This document shows, piece after piece, positions 28,274 to 37,419 of a stretch of DNA of 64,000 bases. The notes under the pieces are model-generated. The model had not been told where the DNA came from. It did no database searches and was given only the letters and a program-made list of their open reading frames with translations. Position numbers and translations under genes: made by a program. The stretch's first letter is position 1. Every line of letters starts with the position of its first letter. This stretch comes from an uncultured Acidobacteriaceae bacterium. GTDB taxonomy: Bacteria; Acidobacteriota; Terriglobia; Terriglobales; Acidobacteriaceae. The stretch is from assembly GCA_963838015.1 (NCBI GenBank), contig CAWIPG010000007.1:114867-178866 (forward strand). The letters are read 5' to 3'.

Positions 28274-29350
28274 CTAAGGCAACACTGCGAGCGAGGTAAT
28301 ACTGTTGCCGAGAGGATATGTGGCAATCGCATTCAAACTTCCACTATCGTTGCCAAAGGCCTGCAGTCCTCCTGAGGTTTGATTTCCCACATACAGGTAT
28401 TTTCCGTTCGGATCCATCGCGAGGAAACTCGGCTGCGCTTCGGAGGCAAAGGGAGAGTCCTGAACTGCCGCGGGAAATCCAGTGCCGGACGTAATCGAGT
28501 AGGTCCCGATGTTGCCGGAGCCTTGATTCGCCACGTAGAGAAATTGCCCCTTTGGATCCAGGATTAGGGCAACCGGGTGCTGGCTGGTATCAGCCAGCGG
28601 AGAGCCTGGGACTGTGGTCAAGGCGCCGTTCGATCCAACCGTGTAGATGGAGAGCGAGTTTCCAATCCCGCCGTTGGCCGCGTAGAGATAGGTTCCGGTC
28701 GGATCGATGACCATCCCGGTGGGGCTGCTATCAGCGGTAAAGGTCAGGGAAACCGCACTGGAAGAGATGACGCCGGCAGTGATGCTGAAGACTGCAATCA
28801 CTCCGCTCGGCTGGTTTGCGGCGCTAATGTAGAGGAAGTTGCCCGAGGGCGACAACACCATGTCGGTGAGCGACAAGTTGGTGCCAAATGGAGAACCGGC
28901 CACCGGCGATAGCGCGCCGCTACTGCTATCAATCGAGAACACTGAAATGTTGTTCGACAGCGCATTGGCGACATAGAGGTAAGCGCCGGCTGTGTCCACG
29001 AGCAATTGCTGAGGCCCTGTGCCCACCAGCGTTCGGGGAAATATCTCGCTCAACGTGCCGTTGCTGTTGATCGTGAACAGGGAAACATCGTTTTCATCCT
29101 GGCCGGGATTTGCCGCATATAAGAATTTTCCGGAGGGATGAAGCGCCACGGAGCGGACTCCGTCGCCCACCGTATACGGGCTTCCCGAAAGCTGCGTGAG
29201 AACGCCGGAGTAGGGATCTTCCCGGAAGGCCGCAATCTGATTAGCATCGGGAATGGCAGCATAGACGAAGTGACTCGATGTGGCGCCGCAACTCACGCAA
29301 CCCGCGATACTCGCGAGGACAAACCCTACCACCAATGCTTTTTGAAGCAT
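28274..29350 (-). CDS. 7-bladed beta-propeller lactonase family lipoprotein
   Basis: Lipobox SIAGC. Repeated ...LYVAN...ISVF/IYT...G.L blades. Confidence 0.75.
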   Translation of the reverse strand: MLQKALVVGFVLASIAGCVSCGATSSHFVYAAIPDANQIAAFREDPYSGVLTQLSGSPYTVGDGVRSVALHPSGKFLYAANPGQDENDVSLFTINSNGTLSEIFPRTLVGTGPQQLLVDTAGAYLYVANALSNNISVFSIDSSSGALSPVAGSPFGTNLSLTDMVLSPSGNFLYISAANQPSGVIAVFSITAGVISSSAVSLTFTADSSPTGMVIDPTGTYLYAANGGIGNSLSIYTVGSNGALTTVPGSPLADTSQHPVALILDPKGQFLYVANQGSGNIGTYSITSGTGFPAAVQDSPFASEAQPSFLAMDPNGKYLYVGNQTSGGLQAFGNDSGSLNAIATYPLGNSITSLAVLP

Positions 29351-29611
29351 CCGTTACTCCTGAGAGAATTTGAAAGCGAAGAACAACAATAATACCGGGA
29401 CGCCGCCAAACCGGCATTTGAACACAACATTCCTATCATACGGGCAGCACAAGAAAAAAGGGAGGTTGCACCAGGCACGATCCTGCGGCCTGACGGCTGG
29501 AAGGTTCTCAGGTGCTTAATTGAAGCGCTGGCCCCTTGCAGCCTACTGGTGCGATGCGCTGCCGCTTGACTCAGGTTGCACGCGGACGGCGGGAGGGTGA
29601 ACCGGAACGGC

Positions 29612-29893
29612 CTACTCGGCTCCGCCCGCGATTGATGGCACCAGCAGGACTTCGTCCCCATCGCTGAAGACATATCCCGGACCGCCGAGGAAGCGGATGT
29701 CTTCTTCATTCACATAAATGTTAAGGAAGCGGCGAACCTGCCCGGCCTCGTCGCGCAGGTGCGGCTTCAACTCCGGAAATTTCTCGTCGAGGGCCGAGAA
29801 AAGCTCTGACAGGTTCGTGGCTGTGCACGCAATCGAGCTTGTGCCAGCCGTGTGCCGCCGCAGTGCGGTTGGAATTTGTACGGTGATTGCCAT
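29612..29893 (-). CDS. MoaD/ThiS-family sulfur-carrier protein (MetO-like), C-terminus ...AGGAE
   Basis: 93 aa beta-grasp-size protein ending DGDEVLLVPSIAGGAE. ATG 29893 is preceded by GAGGT. Directly downstream of the ThrC-like gene. Confidence 0.75.
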   Translation of the reverse strand: MAITVQIPTALRRHTAGTSSIACTATNLSELFSALDEKFPELKPHLRDEAGQVRRFLNIYVNEEDIRFLGGPGYVFSDGDEVLLVPSIAGGAE

Positions 29894-29906
29894 AGAAAGT
29901 ACCTCA

Positions 29907-29980
29907 GCGGCTAAAGCCGTCAATCAAGATAAGCCAGTTATCGCAGCGGTGAACCGCTGCGCCACCCAAAATCAAGCGCG
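29907..29980. repeat. 74-nt hairpin-containing repeat, copy 1
   Basis: GCGGCTAAAGCCG...ATCGCAGCGGTGAACCGCTGCGCCACCCAAAATCAAGCGCG. A near-identical copy lies at 46791-46866. Confidence 0.8.
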
Positions 29981-29987
29981 AATTCTC

Positions 29988-31349
29988 TTATGCTCCTACC
30001 GAGGCTGCCGCTTCCTGGGCAACCTCAACAGTGTCCAGCTTTTCGTTCAAATACTTTTCAAATTCAGCGAGCTTGGGTGCGATCGGCCGTTCTTCCTCAT
30101 AAACACCTGAGAGCACGTCGGTCGTCTTCAAACCGTTTCCTGTGATGCATAGCACGGTCGTCTCCTCGGGAAGGATGCGGTCTTGCCGGTAGAGCTTGCC
30201 CGCCGTGCCCACGGTCACGCCGCCGGCAGTCTCGGTGAAGATGCCTTCGGTTTCCGCCAGCAGGCGGATCGAATCGATTACTTCCGGATCACTCACGTCC
30301 TCGCTCCATCCGCCGCTCTGCTTGATAGTCTTGATCGCATAATGGCCGTCGGCGGGATTGCCGATGGCGAGCGAGCGCGCAATCGTCGTCGGTTTCTGCG
30401 GCTCGATCTCGGAGCTGCCGGTCTTCACCGCAGTCGAAATCGGAGAGCATCCGGTAGCCTGCGCGCCGAAGAACTTTACGGGTTTTTCCTCGACCAAGCC
30501 CAGCTTGGCGAGTTCATCGAACGCCTTCTTGATTTTGATAATCAATGACCCGCCCGCCATCGGGCAAACTACGTTGTCCGGCAGCCGCCAGCCCAGTTGC
30601 TCAGCGATTTCGAAGCCCACGGTCTTCGACCCCTCGGAGTAGTAAGGCCGCAGGTTCACGTTGACGAAGCCCCAGCGCCGCTCTTCGGCAATCTGCGAGC
30701 ACAGCCGATTCACCTGATCGTAGTTGCCCGCGATGCGTACCACGTTCGCGCCGAAGACTTGCGTGCCAAGAATTTTTGCGGGTTCGAGATCGGAGGGAAT
30801 AAAGATCCAAGCTTTGAGACCAAGCCGCGCCGCGTGCGCGGCGACGGCATTCGCCAGGTTTCCAGTGGATGAACAAGCGACCGTATCGAAGCCGAAAGCC
30901 TTGGCCTGCGCCAGCGCGACGGCCACTACACGGTCTTTGAAACTCAGCGTGGGCAGGCAGACGGCGTCATTCTTTAAATAGAGATTCTGCGTGGACTTCG
31001 TGTCGCTCTGTGCGCCGAACAACCGCTCCGCCAGCCGAGGCGCCTGGATCAGCGGCGTGAAGCCGACCGGCAGGCGCGGCTCAAAACCCGCCGGCAGCGG
31101 CAGCAACTCGGCGTAGCGCCACATGTTCGTCGGCCGCTGCGCGATGCGCTCGTGGCTGAAAGTTCCTTGGGCAATCGCGGATCGGATTACGTCGTAGTCG
31201 TATGCAACTTCGAGAGGAGAGAAACACTCGTCGCAGATGGAGCGGGGCTGGTTTCCCCAGCTTCGGCAGCATTCCCGGCAGCGCAATTCGTAGGGGGCTT
31301 GATTGTACGAAGCTTGATTGTCCTGAGAACGACCGTCGTAATTCGACAT
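29988..31349 (-). CDS. threonine synthase-family PLP enzyme with N-terminal zinc ribbon (MetM-like candidate)
   Basis: CRECCRSW...CDECFSPLEV zinc ribbon. PLP lysine context PTLSFKDRVV. ThrC-like throughout. Confidence 0.8.
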   Translation of the reverse strand: MSNYDGRSQDNQASYNQAPYELRCRECCRSWGNQPRSICDECFSPLEVAYDYDVIRSAIAQGTFSHERIAQRPTNMWRYAELLPLPAGFEPRLPVGFTPLIQAPRLAERLFGAQSDTKSTQNLYLKNDAVCLPTLSFKDRVVAVALAQAKAFGFDTVACSSTGNLANAVAAHAARLGLKAWIFIPSDLEPAKILGTQVFGANVVRIAGNYDQVNRLCSQIAEERRWGFVNVNLRPYYSEGSKTVGFEIAEQLGWRLPDNVVCPMAGGSLIIKIKKAFDELAKLGLVEEKPVKFFGAQATGCSPISTAVKTGSSEIEPQKPTTIARSLAIGNPADGHYAIKTIKQSGGWSEDVSDPEVIDSIRLLAETEGIFTETAGGVTVGTAGKLYRQDRILPEETTVLCITGNGLKTTDVLSGVYEEERPIAPKLAEFEKYLNEKLDTVEVAQEAAASVGA

Positions 31350-31424
31350 CGGGCTACTCGCTTTCTAAGTTCAGCAGCGAATAGCTGAGGACGAGCCCGC
31401 AAAAAGCGCCCTAAAACAGAACGG

Positions 31425-31454
31425 CCTCTTTTCCCAGGAAATAGGGAAAAGAGG
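31425..31454 (-). terminator. riboswitch expression-platform terminator hairpin
   Basis: Perfect 11-bp stem CCTCTTTTCCC / GGGAAAAGAGG, followed on the minus strand by CCGTTCTGTTTT. Confidence 0.6.
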
Positions 31455-31489
31455 TCGGAATGCAAATAAAAATGAAGCTCGCATCCGAA

Positions 31490-31601
31490 TCTCATGTTCC
31501 CCGTTTCCGGGCGGGAGTTGGCACCTGGCGGTCGGGATATATGATCCCGATCCGGTTGCCGTGGCGTCACAGGGCTCGTCCCTCAGCCACTCTGCATGAA
31601 A
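31490..31601 (-). promoter_or_regulatory. SAM-I (S-box) riboswitch
   Basis: Minus strand reads TTTCATGCAGAGTGGCTGAGGGACGAGCCCTGTGACGCCACGGCAACC...CCAGGTGCCAACTCCCGCCCGGAAACGGGGAACATGAGA. This matches the conserved SAM-I core (AGAG, GAGGGA, GGCCC-like, GGCAACC, GGTGCCAA, closing P1 CATGA). Confidence 0.85.
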
Positions 31602-31916
31602 TTCTGTCTGCCCCGAAGGGCAAACTTGTCTCCACGATGCTACACGGGAGGGTGGGGTTCGTCAATAGAGTAGTGGATCGGTGGATTTTGGTAGCAGTGC
31701 AGCCTACGAAAATGCCTAAATGAGGACAGCCACCGTCGACTGCCCAAGTTCGAGCGAAGCTCGATTCCTTTCCCGGCATCACCAAATACACTAAGCTGCC
31801 CCACACTTCCCGATCTCGCAAAGTCCTGCGACTTTGCAAAGCTCCGAAGCATGAGGCAGCTTTAGTTCCCCAAGTTTTTCAAGCCCGTAAGCCGAGCTTC
31901 TTTTCCCGTTCCTTAG

Positions 31917-32504
31917 TTATTCACCTGCACAGGTCACATTATTGTTCCAGTCCACGAACGAGCCTTGTGGGTTATCGCGCCAGGCCCAGACGTGGAGTTC
32001 GAAGAATGAATGGATGTGGAAGCGGTTCGGAGCGCCGACGAAATTAAATACCTGACCGTTGAGCACCGGAGGAGTGTCGTTATTGGCGGCGAGCCAACTC
32101 GCAGAATCCAGGATGAACTCGACGCCCACAAGTGTCATCTTGCCATTGAAGGGCTCGTAGATCAGGGCCTGTGGCTGGGAGGGGTCAAGCGTGAGGTTGC
32201 CGAGCAATGTACCGTTGACATAGTGCACGCCCATCGCCCCGTGATCGTCACCTGCCACGCAGCCTAGAAATGGTCCATAGCCGGCTGCAGTGGCATTGTT
32301 AACGTCAATGTACTGCTTCGTTCCTTCGCGAACCAGCTGCACCAGGTTGGGCGAGGACGTTTCATGAGCGGCAGCATGCTGAGAAGGTTTCTGCGCGAGC
32401 AGCGGTGTGGCCATGATGAGGCTGCCGAGCAAAGTTAAAGTTAGGGTTCGTCGCAGGTTTTGTAGCATGGATTTCTGGATGAGCTGGGAGATCTGTGTCG
32501 TCAT
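31917..32504 (-). CDS. secreted hypothetical protein
   Basis: ATG 32504 is followed by a signal-like LTLTLLGSLIMATPLLA. No recognised domain. Confidence 0.55.
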   Translation of the reverse strand: MTTQISQLIQKSMLQNLRRTLTLTLLGSLIMATPLLAQKPSQHAAAHETSSPNLVQLVREGTKQYIDVNNATAAGYGPFLGCVAGDDHGAMGVHYVNGTLLGNLTLDPSQPQALIYEPFNGKMTLVGVEFILDSASWLAANNDTPPVLNGQVFNFVGAPNRFHIHSFFELHVWAWRDNPQGSFVDWNNNVTCAGE

Positions 32505-32712
32505 AAGTTTTTCCTTTTTTGTATATCGATCGTTGAGATTGTCAGCCGCGATCGTTTCTGCGGCGCACCAAGCGAGCTCATCTTGCATTGAACTGGGCAG
32601 GTGATCAATCCACGCCACCTCCTTCCTTCCCCAAAGTTTTCTCCTTCGGTTAACCATAAGAAAAAGCTGTACTTAGCGACGCTGCACATAAGCCTCAAGC
32701 CGCAAGAATAAT

Positions 32713-34647
32713 GTGGTAGCCTTAATCGCTCTTTGGGGAGTTCGTATGTTGGCAACGGTTCCAGCCGCGCGTGTCGTGAGGTTTGATAGTTTTGAGCTCG
32801 ATGTTCGGGCCGGCGAACTGCGAAAGGCAGGCGTTAAGCTCCGTCTGCAAGGCCAACCGATTCAGGTGTTGGCGACGCTGCTGAATAGCGCAGGCGAGCT
32901 AGTGACCCGCGAGGAATTTCAAGCGCAGCTCTGGCCAGCCGAAACTTTTGTCGATTTTGACCACAGCCTGCATAACGCGATTGCGCGAATTCGTGAAACG
33001 CTGGGAGACTCCGCTGGAACTCCGCGTTACATTGAAACCCTGCCTCGCAGGGGATACAGATTCATCGGCACAGTCGAAAGAGTGGGCTTTGAGGAACCGC
33101 TGCCCTCCCAGCCGATCCAACCATTCCCAGAAACTCCGATTGCGCCGGTACGAAACAGATCTCGCACCATTCTCATCGCTGCGCTATTGACGATCTTTGC
33201 GCTCGCGGCCGCCATAGTACTGATACCCGGCTTTTTGCATCGCGCAGTTGCCACACCTTCCGTGCGTTCCATCGCCGTGCTGCCGCTCGACAACTTTTCC
33301 GGAGATCCCACTCAGGAATATTTCGCTGACGGCATGACGGATGAGTTGATCACGGACCTGGCCAAGATTGGCGCCCTCCGAGTGATTTCCAGAACTTCTG
33401 TGATGCGTTACAAGGGCACGAAGAAGGCCTTGCCGGAGATTGCAAAAGAACTGAATGTGGACGGGATCATCGAAGGATCCGTAATGCGTTCGGGGCAACG
33501 AGTGCGCATTACGGCCCAGCTTCTATACGGGCCCACCGACAAACATCTTTGGGCGGAGACGTATGAGCGTGACCTGGGTGATGTTCTCAGCTTGCAAAGC
33601 GAAGTGGCGCAGGCGATCGCGCAGCAAGTTCGCGCGCAGGTAACTCCGCAGCAGCAGGCTCGGTTTGGAGCGGTCCGCCCGGTAAATCCGGAAGCCTACG
33701 ATGCTTACCTCCGGGGCCGTTATTACCTGTCGAATCAGTACACGATGGCGGAGCCTCTTAATACAGCGAAGGCATACTTCGAAGAGGCGGTTCGTAAAGA
33801 TCCAGGATTTGCGCTGGCCTATTCTGGCTTGGCGGATGCCAACGTTTATTTGGTATTTTTCGGGCACATGCCGCCAGAATCCGGTTACCGGCAAGCGGAA
33901 GAGGCGGTCCGGCATGCACTGTCTCTGGACGACAGCATCGGCGAAGCTCACGACACCCTCGCGGTATTAAGTTGGCGGTACAACTGGGATTGGGACGCCA
34001 CCGAACGAGAGTTGAATCAGGCAATCGCTTTGGCTCCGAGTTACATTTGCGCCCATGAGGATCGAGCGGCATATCTCGCCTTCAGGGGGCGGCGATCCGA
34101 GGCTGAAGCGGAGATGGCCAAAATCCTGGAGTTGGATAAGAGCATCAGCGCAACCCTTACCGAATCGGCCGTAGATTACCAGTTGCGCGATTTCGATAGG
34201 TTGCTTGAAGTAAGCCGCAGGGGAATGGCTTTGAATCCCAAGGAATGGCTTGAACATTACTATCTCGGCATCGGCTACGAGGGGACGGGAAAACGATTGG
34301 AAGCCATCTCCGAGTACCAGAAAGCAGTTGAGATGTCAGGCGGCAATGATGATGCCACACTGTCGCTGGCGCACGCGTATGCGGGCGTGGGGAGAAAATC
34401 TGAAGCTCAGAAGATGCTGCGGGAGTTAGAACAAAAATCGGCCAAAGTCGATGTTTCGCCTTACCGAATCGCAACGTTATACGCCACGCTGGGTGATAAA
34501 GACTCAGCCTTCAAGTTCCTGGAGAAAGCGTATCAGGAGAAATCGTTGGACCTCTCCTGGCACTTGAAGGCTGATTTGCGGATCGATAATCTCCGCTCCG
34601 ACCCCCGCTATCAGAACCTGCTTCGCCGGGTTGGCTTGACAGACTAA
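32713..34647 (+). CDS. membrane-anchored winged-helix (CadC/ToxR-like) regulator with periplasmic TPR region
   Basis: FDSFELDVRAGELRKAGVKLRLQGQPIQVL...LPRRGYRF OmpR/PhoB-type wHTH, one TM, then TPR-like repeats. The start may be ATG 32746. Confidence 0.8.
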   Translation: MVALIALWGVRMLATVPAARVVRFDSFELDVRAGELRKAGVKLRLQGQPIQVLATLLNSAGELVTREEFQAQLWPAETFVDFDHSLHNAIARIRETLGDSAGTPRYIETLPRRGYRFIGTVERVGFEEPLPSQPIQPFPETPIAPVRNRSRTILIAALLTIFALAAAIVLIPGFLHRAVATPSVRSIAVLPLDNFSGDPTQEYFADGMTDELITDLAKIGALRVISRTSVMRYKGTKKALPEIAKELNVDGIIEGSVMRSGQRVRITAQLLYGPTDKHLWAETYERDLGDVLSLQSEVAQAIAQQVRAQVTPQQQARFGAVRPVNPEAYDAYLRGRYYLSNQYTMAEPLNTAKAYFEEAVRKDPGFALAYSGLADANVYLVFFGHMPPESGYRQAEEAVRHALSLDDSIGEAHDTLAVLSWRYNWDWDATERELNQAIALAPSYICAHEDRAAYLAFRGRRSEAEAEMAKILELDKSISATLTESAVDYQLRDFDRLLEVSRRGMALNPKEWLEHYYLGIGYEGTGKRLEAISEYQKAVEMSGGNDDATLSLAHAYAGVGRKSEAQKMLRELEQKSAKVDVSPYRIATLYATLGDKDSAFKFLEKAYQEKSLDLSWHLKADLRIDNLRSDPRYQNLLRRVGLTD

Positions 34648-34651
34648 CGGC

Positions 34652-34698
34652 GGGGGGTGGCCCGCCTTTTGCGCCCTTCGCAAAAGGTGGGAGTCCCC
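34652..34698. repeat. REP-like hairpin element
   Basis: GGTGGCCCGCCTTTTGCGCCCTTCGCAAAAGGTGGGAGTCCCC. Same architecture as the REPs flanking the RayT gene at 57 kb. Confidence 0.65.
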
Positions 34699-34974
34699 AA
34701 CTCTCAACCGCGTGGCTTTTGACGCCGCTCCCCAACTATATGGTCCTTCGCTCTCGCCTTTTTCCACATCCGTACAGTTCACCTAACCTTGCCTAGCTTT
34801 CCGCAATACCGCATACTAATTTCATAGCTCAAAAGAAAGCGGGGCATCTCGTAGCGCGAACCCACTACGGCTCAAGACTTTGCCCCTAACTGATTGCAGC
34901 CCGGAGACTAAATCGCAAAATCTCGCTAACCCATAGATTGCACAGCCCCGAGACGTAAAGGGTAGGAGGTCATC

Positions 34975-35307
34975 ATGGTTCGTTTGCCCGTCCAATGTAT
35001 GCACATCATGGTGGATGGCGCTCAGTGCGGATCGCCCGCCATGCGCCACCACCGCTACTGCTACAACCACAAGCGCCAGCACGAACAGCTGCTCGCCCTC
35101 AATGCCGACCAGGCCCGCAACAGCCACAACCCGCCCTTCACTCTGCCCCTCCTCGAGGACGCCAGCTCCATCCAGGTCGCGCTCACCCAGGTCATGCGCC
35201 TGCTGGCCGCTGGAAAAATCGAGCGCAAAACCGCCAGCCTGATGCTCTACGCGCTGCAAATCGCCTCATCCAACCTCCACGAAACCATTTTGGAGAACTT
35301 GCCTTGA
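34975..35307 (+). CDS. hypothetical protein with Cys/His-rich N-terminus
   Basis: Strong RBS TAGGAGG 6 nt before the ATG. Contains C..M.VDGAQCGSPA..HHRYCYNH. Confidence 0.6.
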   Translation: MVRLPVQCMHIMVDGAQCGSPAMRHHRYCYNHKRQHEQLLALNADQARNSHNPPFTLPLLEDASSIQVALTQVMRLLAAGKIERKTASLMLYALQIASSNLHETILENLP

Positions 35308-35384
35308 ACTCCCCGGCGAAACCGAAACCACGTGCCAGTTGTTCCAATCGCTCCCCATCGGTACACTTCATTCGCGAGGTGAGC

Positions 35385-37385
35385 ATGGGGAAACTGGGAG
35401 TTAGTCTTGGGGTTTGGCAAAAAAGTTTGCGGTCCGCGATGTTTCACTTTCGTCCAACAGTTCTCGCCATTACTGGCGCTCTCTTATTCGCAAACCTTTG
35501 TTCCGCGCAAACCGCATCCACCAGCCTGCCCAGTGAAACTCCGTCTACATTCACGCCCGTTACCACCAGCTTCGACTATGTCAAGCGCGATGTGATGATT
35601 CCCATGCGCGACGGCGTGAAGCTGCATACCGTCATCATTCTCCCCAAAGGTGCCAAAGGTGCGCCGATCCTGCTCACGCGAACTCCCTATAGCGCGACTC
35701 AGCTGACCAGCCACGCCGAAAGCTCGCACCTTGGCCCCATCCTGAACGGCTATGACAATGCGACCGAGGTGATCGTCGAAGGCGGCTACATTCGCGTGGT
35801 GCAGGACGTGCGCGGCAAATACGGCTCCGAGGGCGATTACGTGATGACCCGCCCGCTGCACGGTCCGCTGAATCCCACGCCGGTCGACCATGCCACCGAC
35901 ACTTACGACACGATCGACTGGCTGGTAAAAAACGTTCCCGAGAGCAACGGCAAAGTCGGCATCCTCGGCATTTCTTATGATGGATTCACAGCGCTGATGG
36001 GTTTGGTGAATCCACATCCGGCGCTGAAAGTCGCGGTGCCGATGAACCCCATGGTCGATGGCTGGATGGGCGACGACTGGTTTCACTATGGCGCATTCCG
36101 CCAACAGAACATGGGCTACATTTACGATCAGGTGGCGACCCGCGCTAATGAGATCACGTGGTGGACGGACCACTTTGACGACTACGACGTTTTCATGGAA
36201 GCGGGCTCGGCGGGCGAACTGGGACGCCGCCACGGTCTCGAGCAAGTCGGCTTCTGGAGAAAGATTCTGGAACATCCCAGCTACGACGAATGGTGGCAGG
36301 ATCAGGCGATGGACCGCATCCTCGCGGCCCAGCCGCTGAAAGTGCCGACCATGCTGGTGGCCAGCCTGTGGGATCAGGAAGATATTTACGGCGCACCGGC
36401 AGTTTACAAGGCGCTGAAAGCTGCAGGCACGAACAACGGTAAATTATTTTTGGTGCTCGGACCCTGGCATCACGGGCAGGAAATCGACGATGCCAGCTCG
36501 CTTGGCCCAATTAAATTTAATAGCGATACCGGGCTATATTTCCGCGAAGAAATTCTGCGGCCGTTTCTGGATAAGTATTTGAAAGACGCCGTGCTGAAAG
36601 TTGATGTCGCGCCCGTCACGGCGTTTGAAACCGGGACCAACACATGGCATCGTCTGTCTACCTGGCCGTCCGGCTGCGCCAGCGGATGCGCCATTCACCC
36701 GACTCCGCTCTATCTTGATGCCGGTCTCAAGCTCAGCCTGAACGCGCCCAAAGCTGGCGACGCGGCGTTCGACGAATACATCTCTGACCCTGCCAAGCCT
36801 GTGCCTTTTCGCGCGCTGCCGATTCAACCCATGGGCTACACCGAAGAACTCTCATGGTCGCGATGGCTGGTTGATGACCAGCGTGAAGCATCCGGTCGTC
36901 CGGATGTTGTGGTGTTCACTTCCGATGTGCTGACTGCGCCCATGAAGATCAGCGGACAGCCTATTGCAAATCTTCTGGCCTCCACCAGCGGCACAGACTC
37001 AGATTGGGTGGTGAAGTTGATCGATGTTTATCCCGACGAAGTGGCGGGCGACCCCAAGATGGGTGGATATCAGCTAATGATCTCTGCTGACATTTTCCGC
37101 GGGCGTTATCGCGAGAGCCTGGCGACGCCGAAAGCCATCGTCCCAGATCAGCCGTTGCTTTATCGCTTCGATCTTCCGACAGCCAACCATGTTTTTCTGC
37201 CCGGCCATCGCATCATGGTGCAGGTTCAGTCCAGTTGGTTTCCGCTATACGACCGCAACCCGCAGAGTTTTGTCCCAAATATTTTCTGGGCAAAGCCGGG
37301 GGATTACCGCAAGGCTACGCAGCGCGTGTATCATGCGCCGGGGCAAGCGAGCTTCATCGAGTTGCCTCTGGTCGTGACGCCGTAA
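35385..37385 (+). CDS. CocE/NonD family hydrolase (S15 X-Pro dipeptidyl-peptidase-like), secreted
   Basis: Signal peptide after ATG 35385 (RBS GAGGTGA). LTRTPY and nucleophile motif GISYDGF. The ORF-track start 34995 overlaps 34975-35307 and is rejected. Confidence 0.85.
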   Translation: MGKLGVSLGVWQKSLRSAMFHFRPTVLAITGALLFANLCSAQTASTSLPSETPSTFTPVTTSFDYVKRDVMIPMRDGVKLHTVIILPKGAKGAPILLTRTPYSATQLTSHAESSHLGPILNGYDNATEVIVEGGYIRVVQDVRGKYGSEGDYVMTRPLHGPLNPTPVDHATDTYDTIDWLVKNVPESNGKVGILGISYDGFTALMGLVNPHPALKVAVPMNPMVDGWMGDDWFHYGAFRQQNMGYIYDQVATRANEITWWTDHFDDYDVFMEAGSAGELGRRHGLEQVGFWRKILEHPSYDEWWQDQAMDRILAAQPLKVPTMLVASLWDQEDIYGAPAVYKALKAAGTNNGKLFLVLGPWHHGQEIDDASSLGPIKFNSDTGLYFREEILRPFLDKYLKDAVLKVDVAPVTAFETGTNTWHRLSTWPSGCASGCAIHPTPLYLDAGLKLSLNAPKAGDAAFDEYISDPAKPVPFRALPIQPMGYTEELSWSRWLVDDQREASGRPDVVVFTSDVLTAPMKISGQPIANLLASTSGTDSDWVVKLIDVYPDEVAGDPKMGGYQLMISADIFRGRYRESLATPKAIVPDQPLLYRFDLPTANHVFLPGHRIMVQVQSSWFPLYDRNPQSFVPNIFWAKPGDYRKATQRVYHAPGQASFIELPLVVTP

Positions 37386-37419
37386 GGATTCGAGCAATGC
37401 AACGTTCAGGAAAGTGGTT

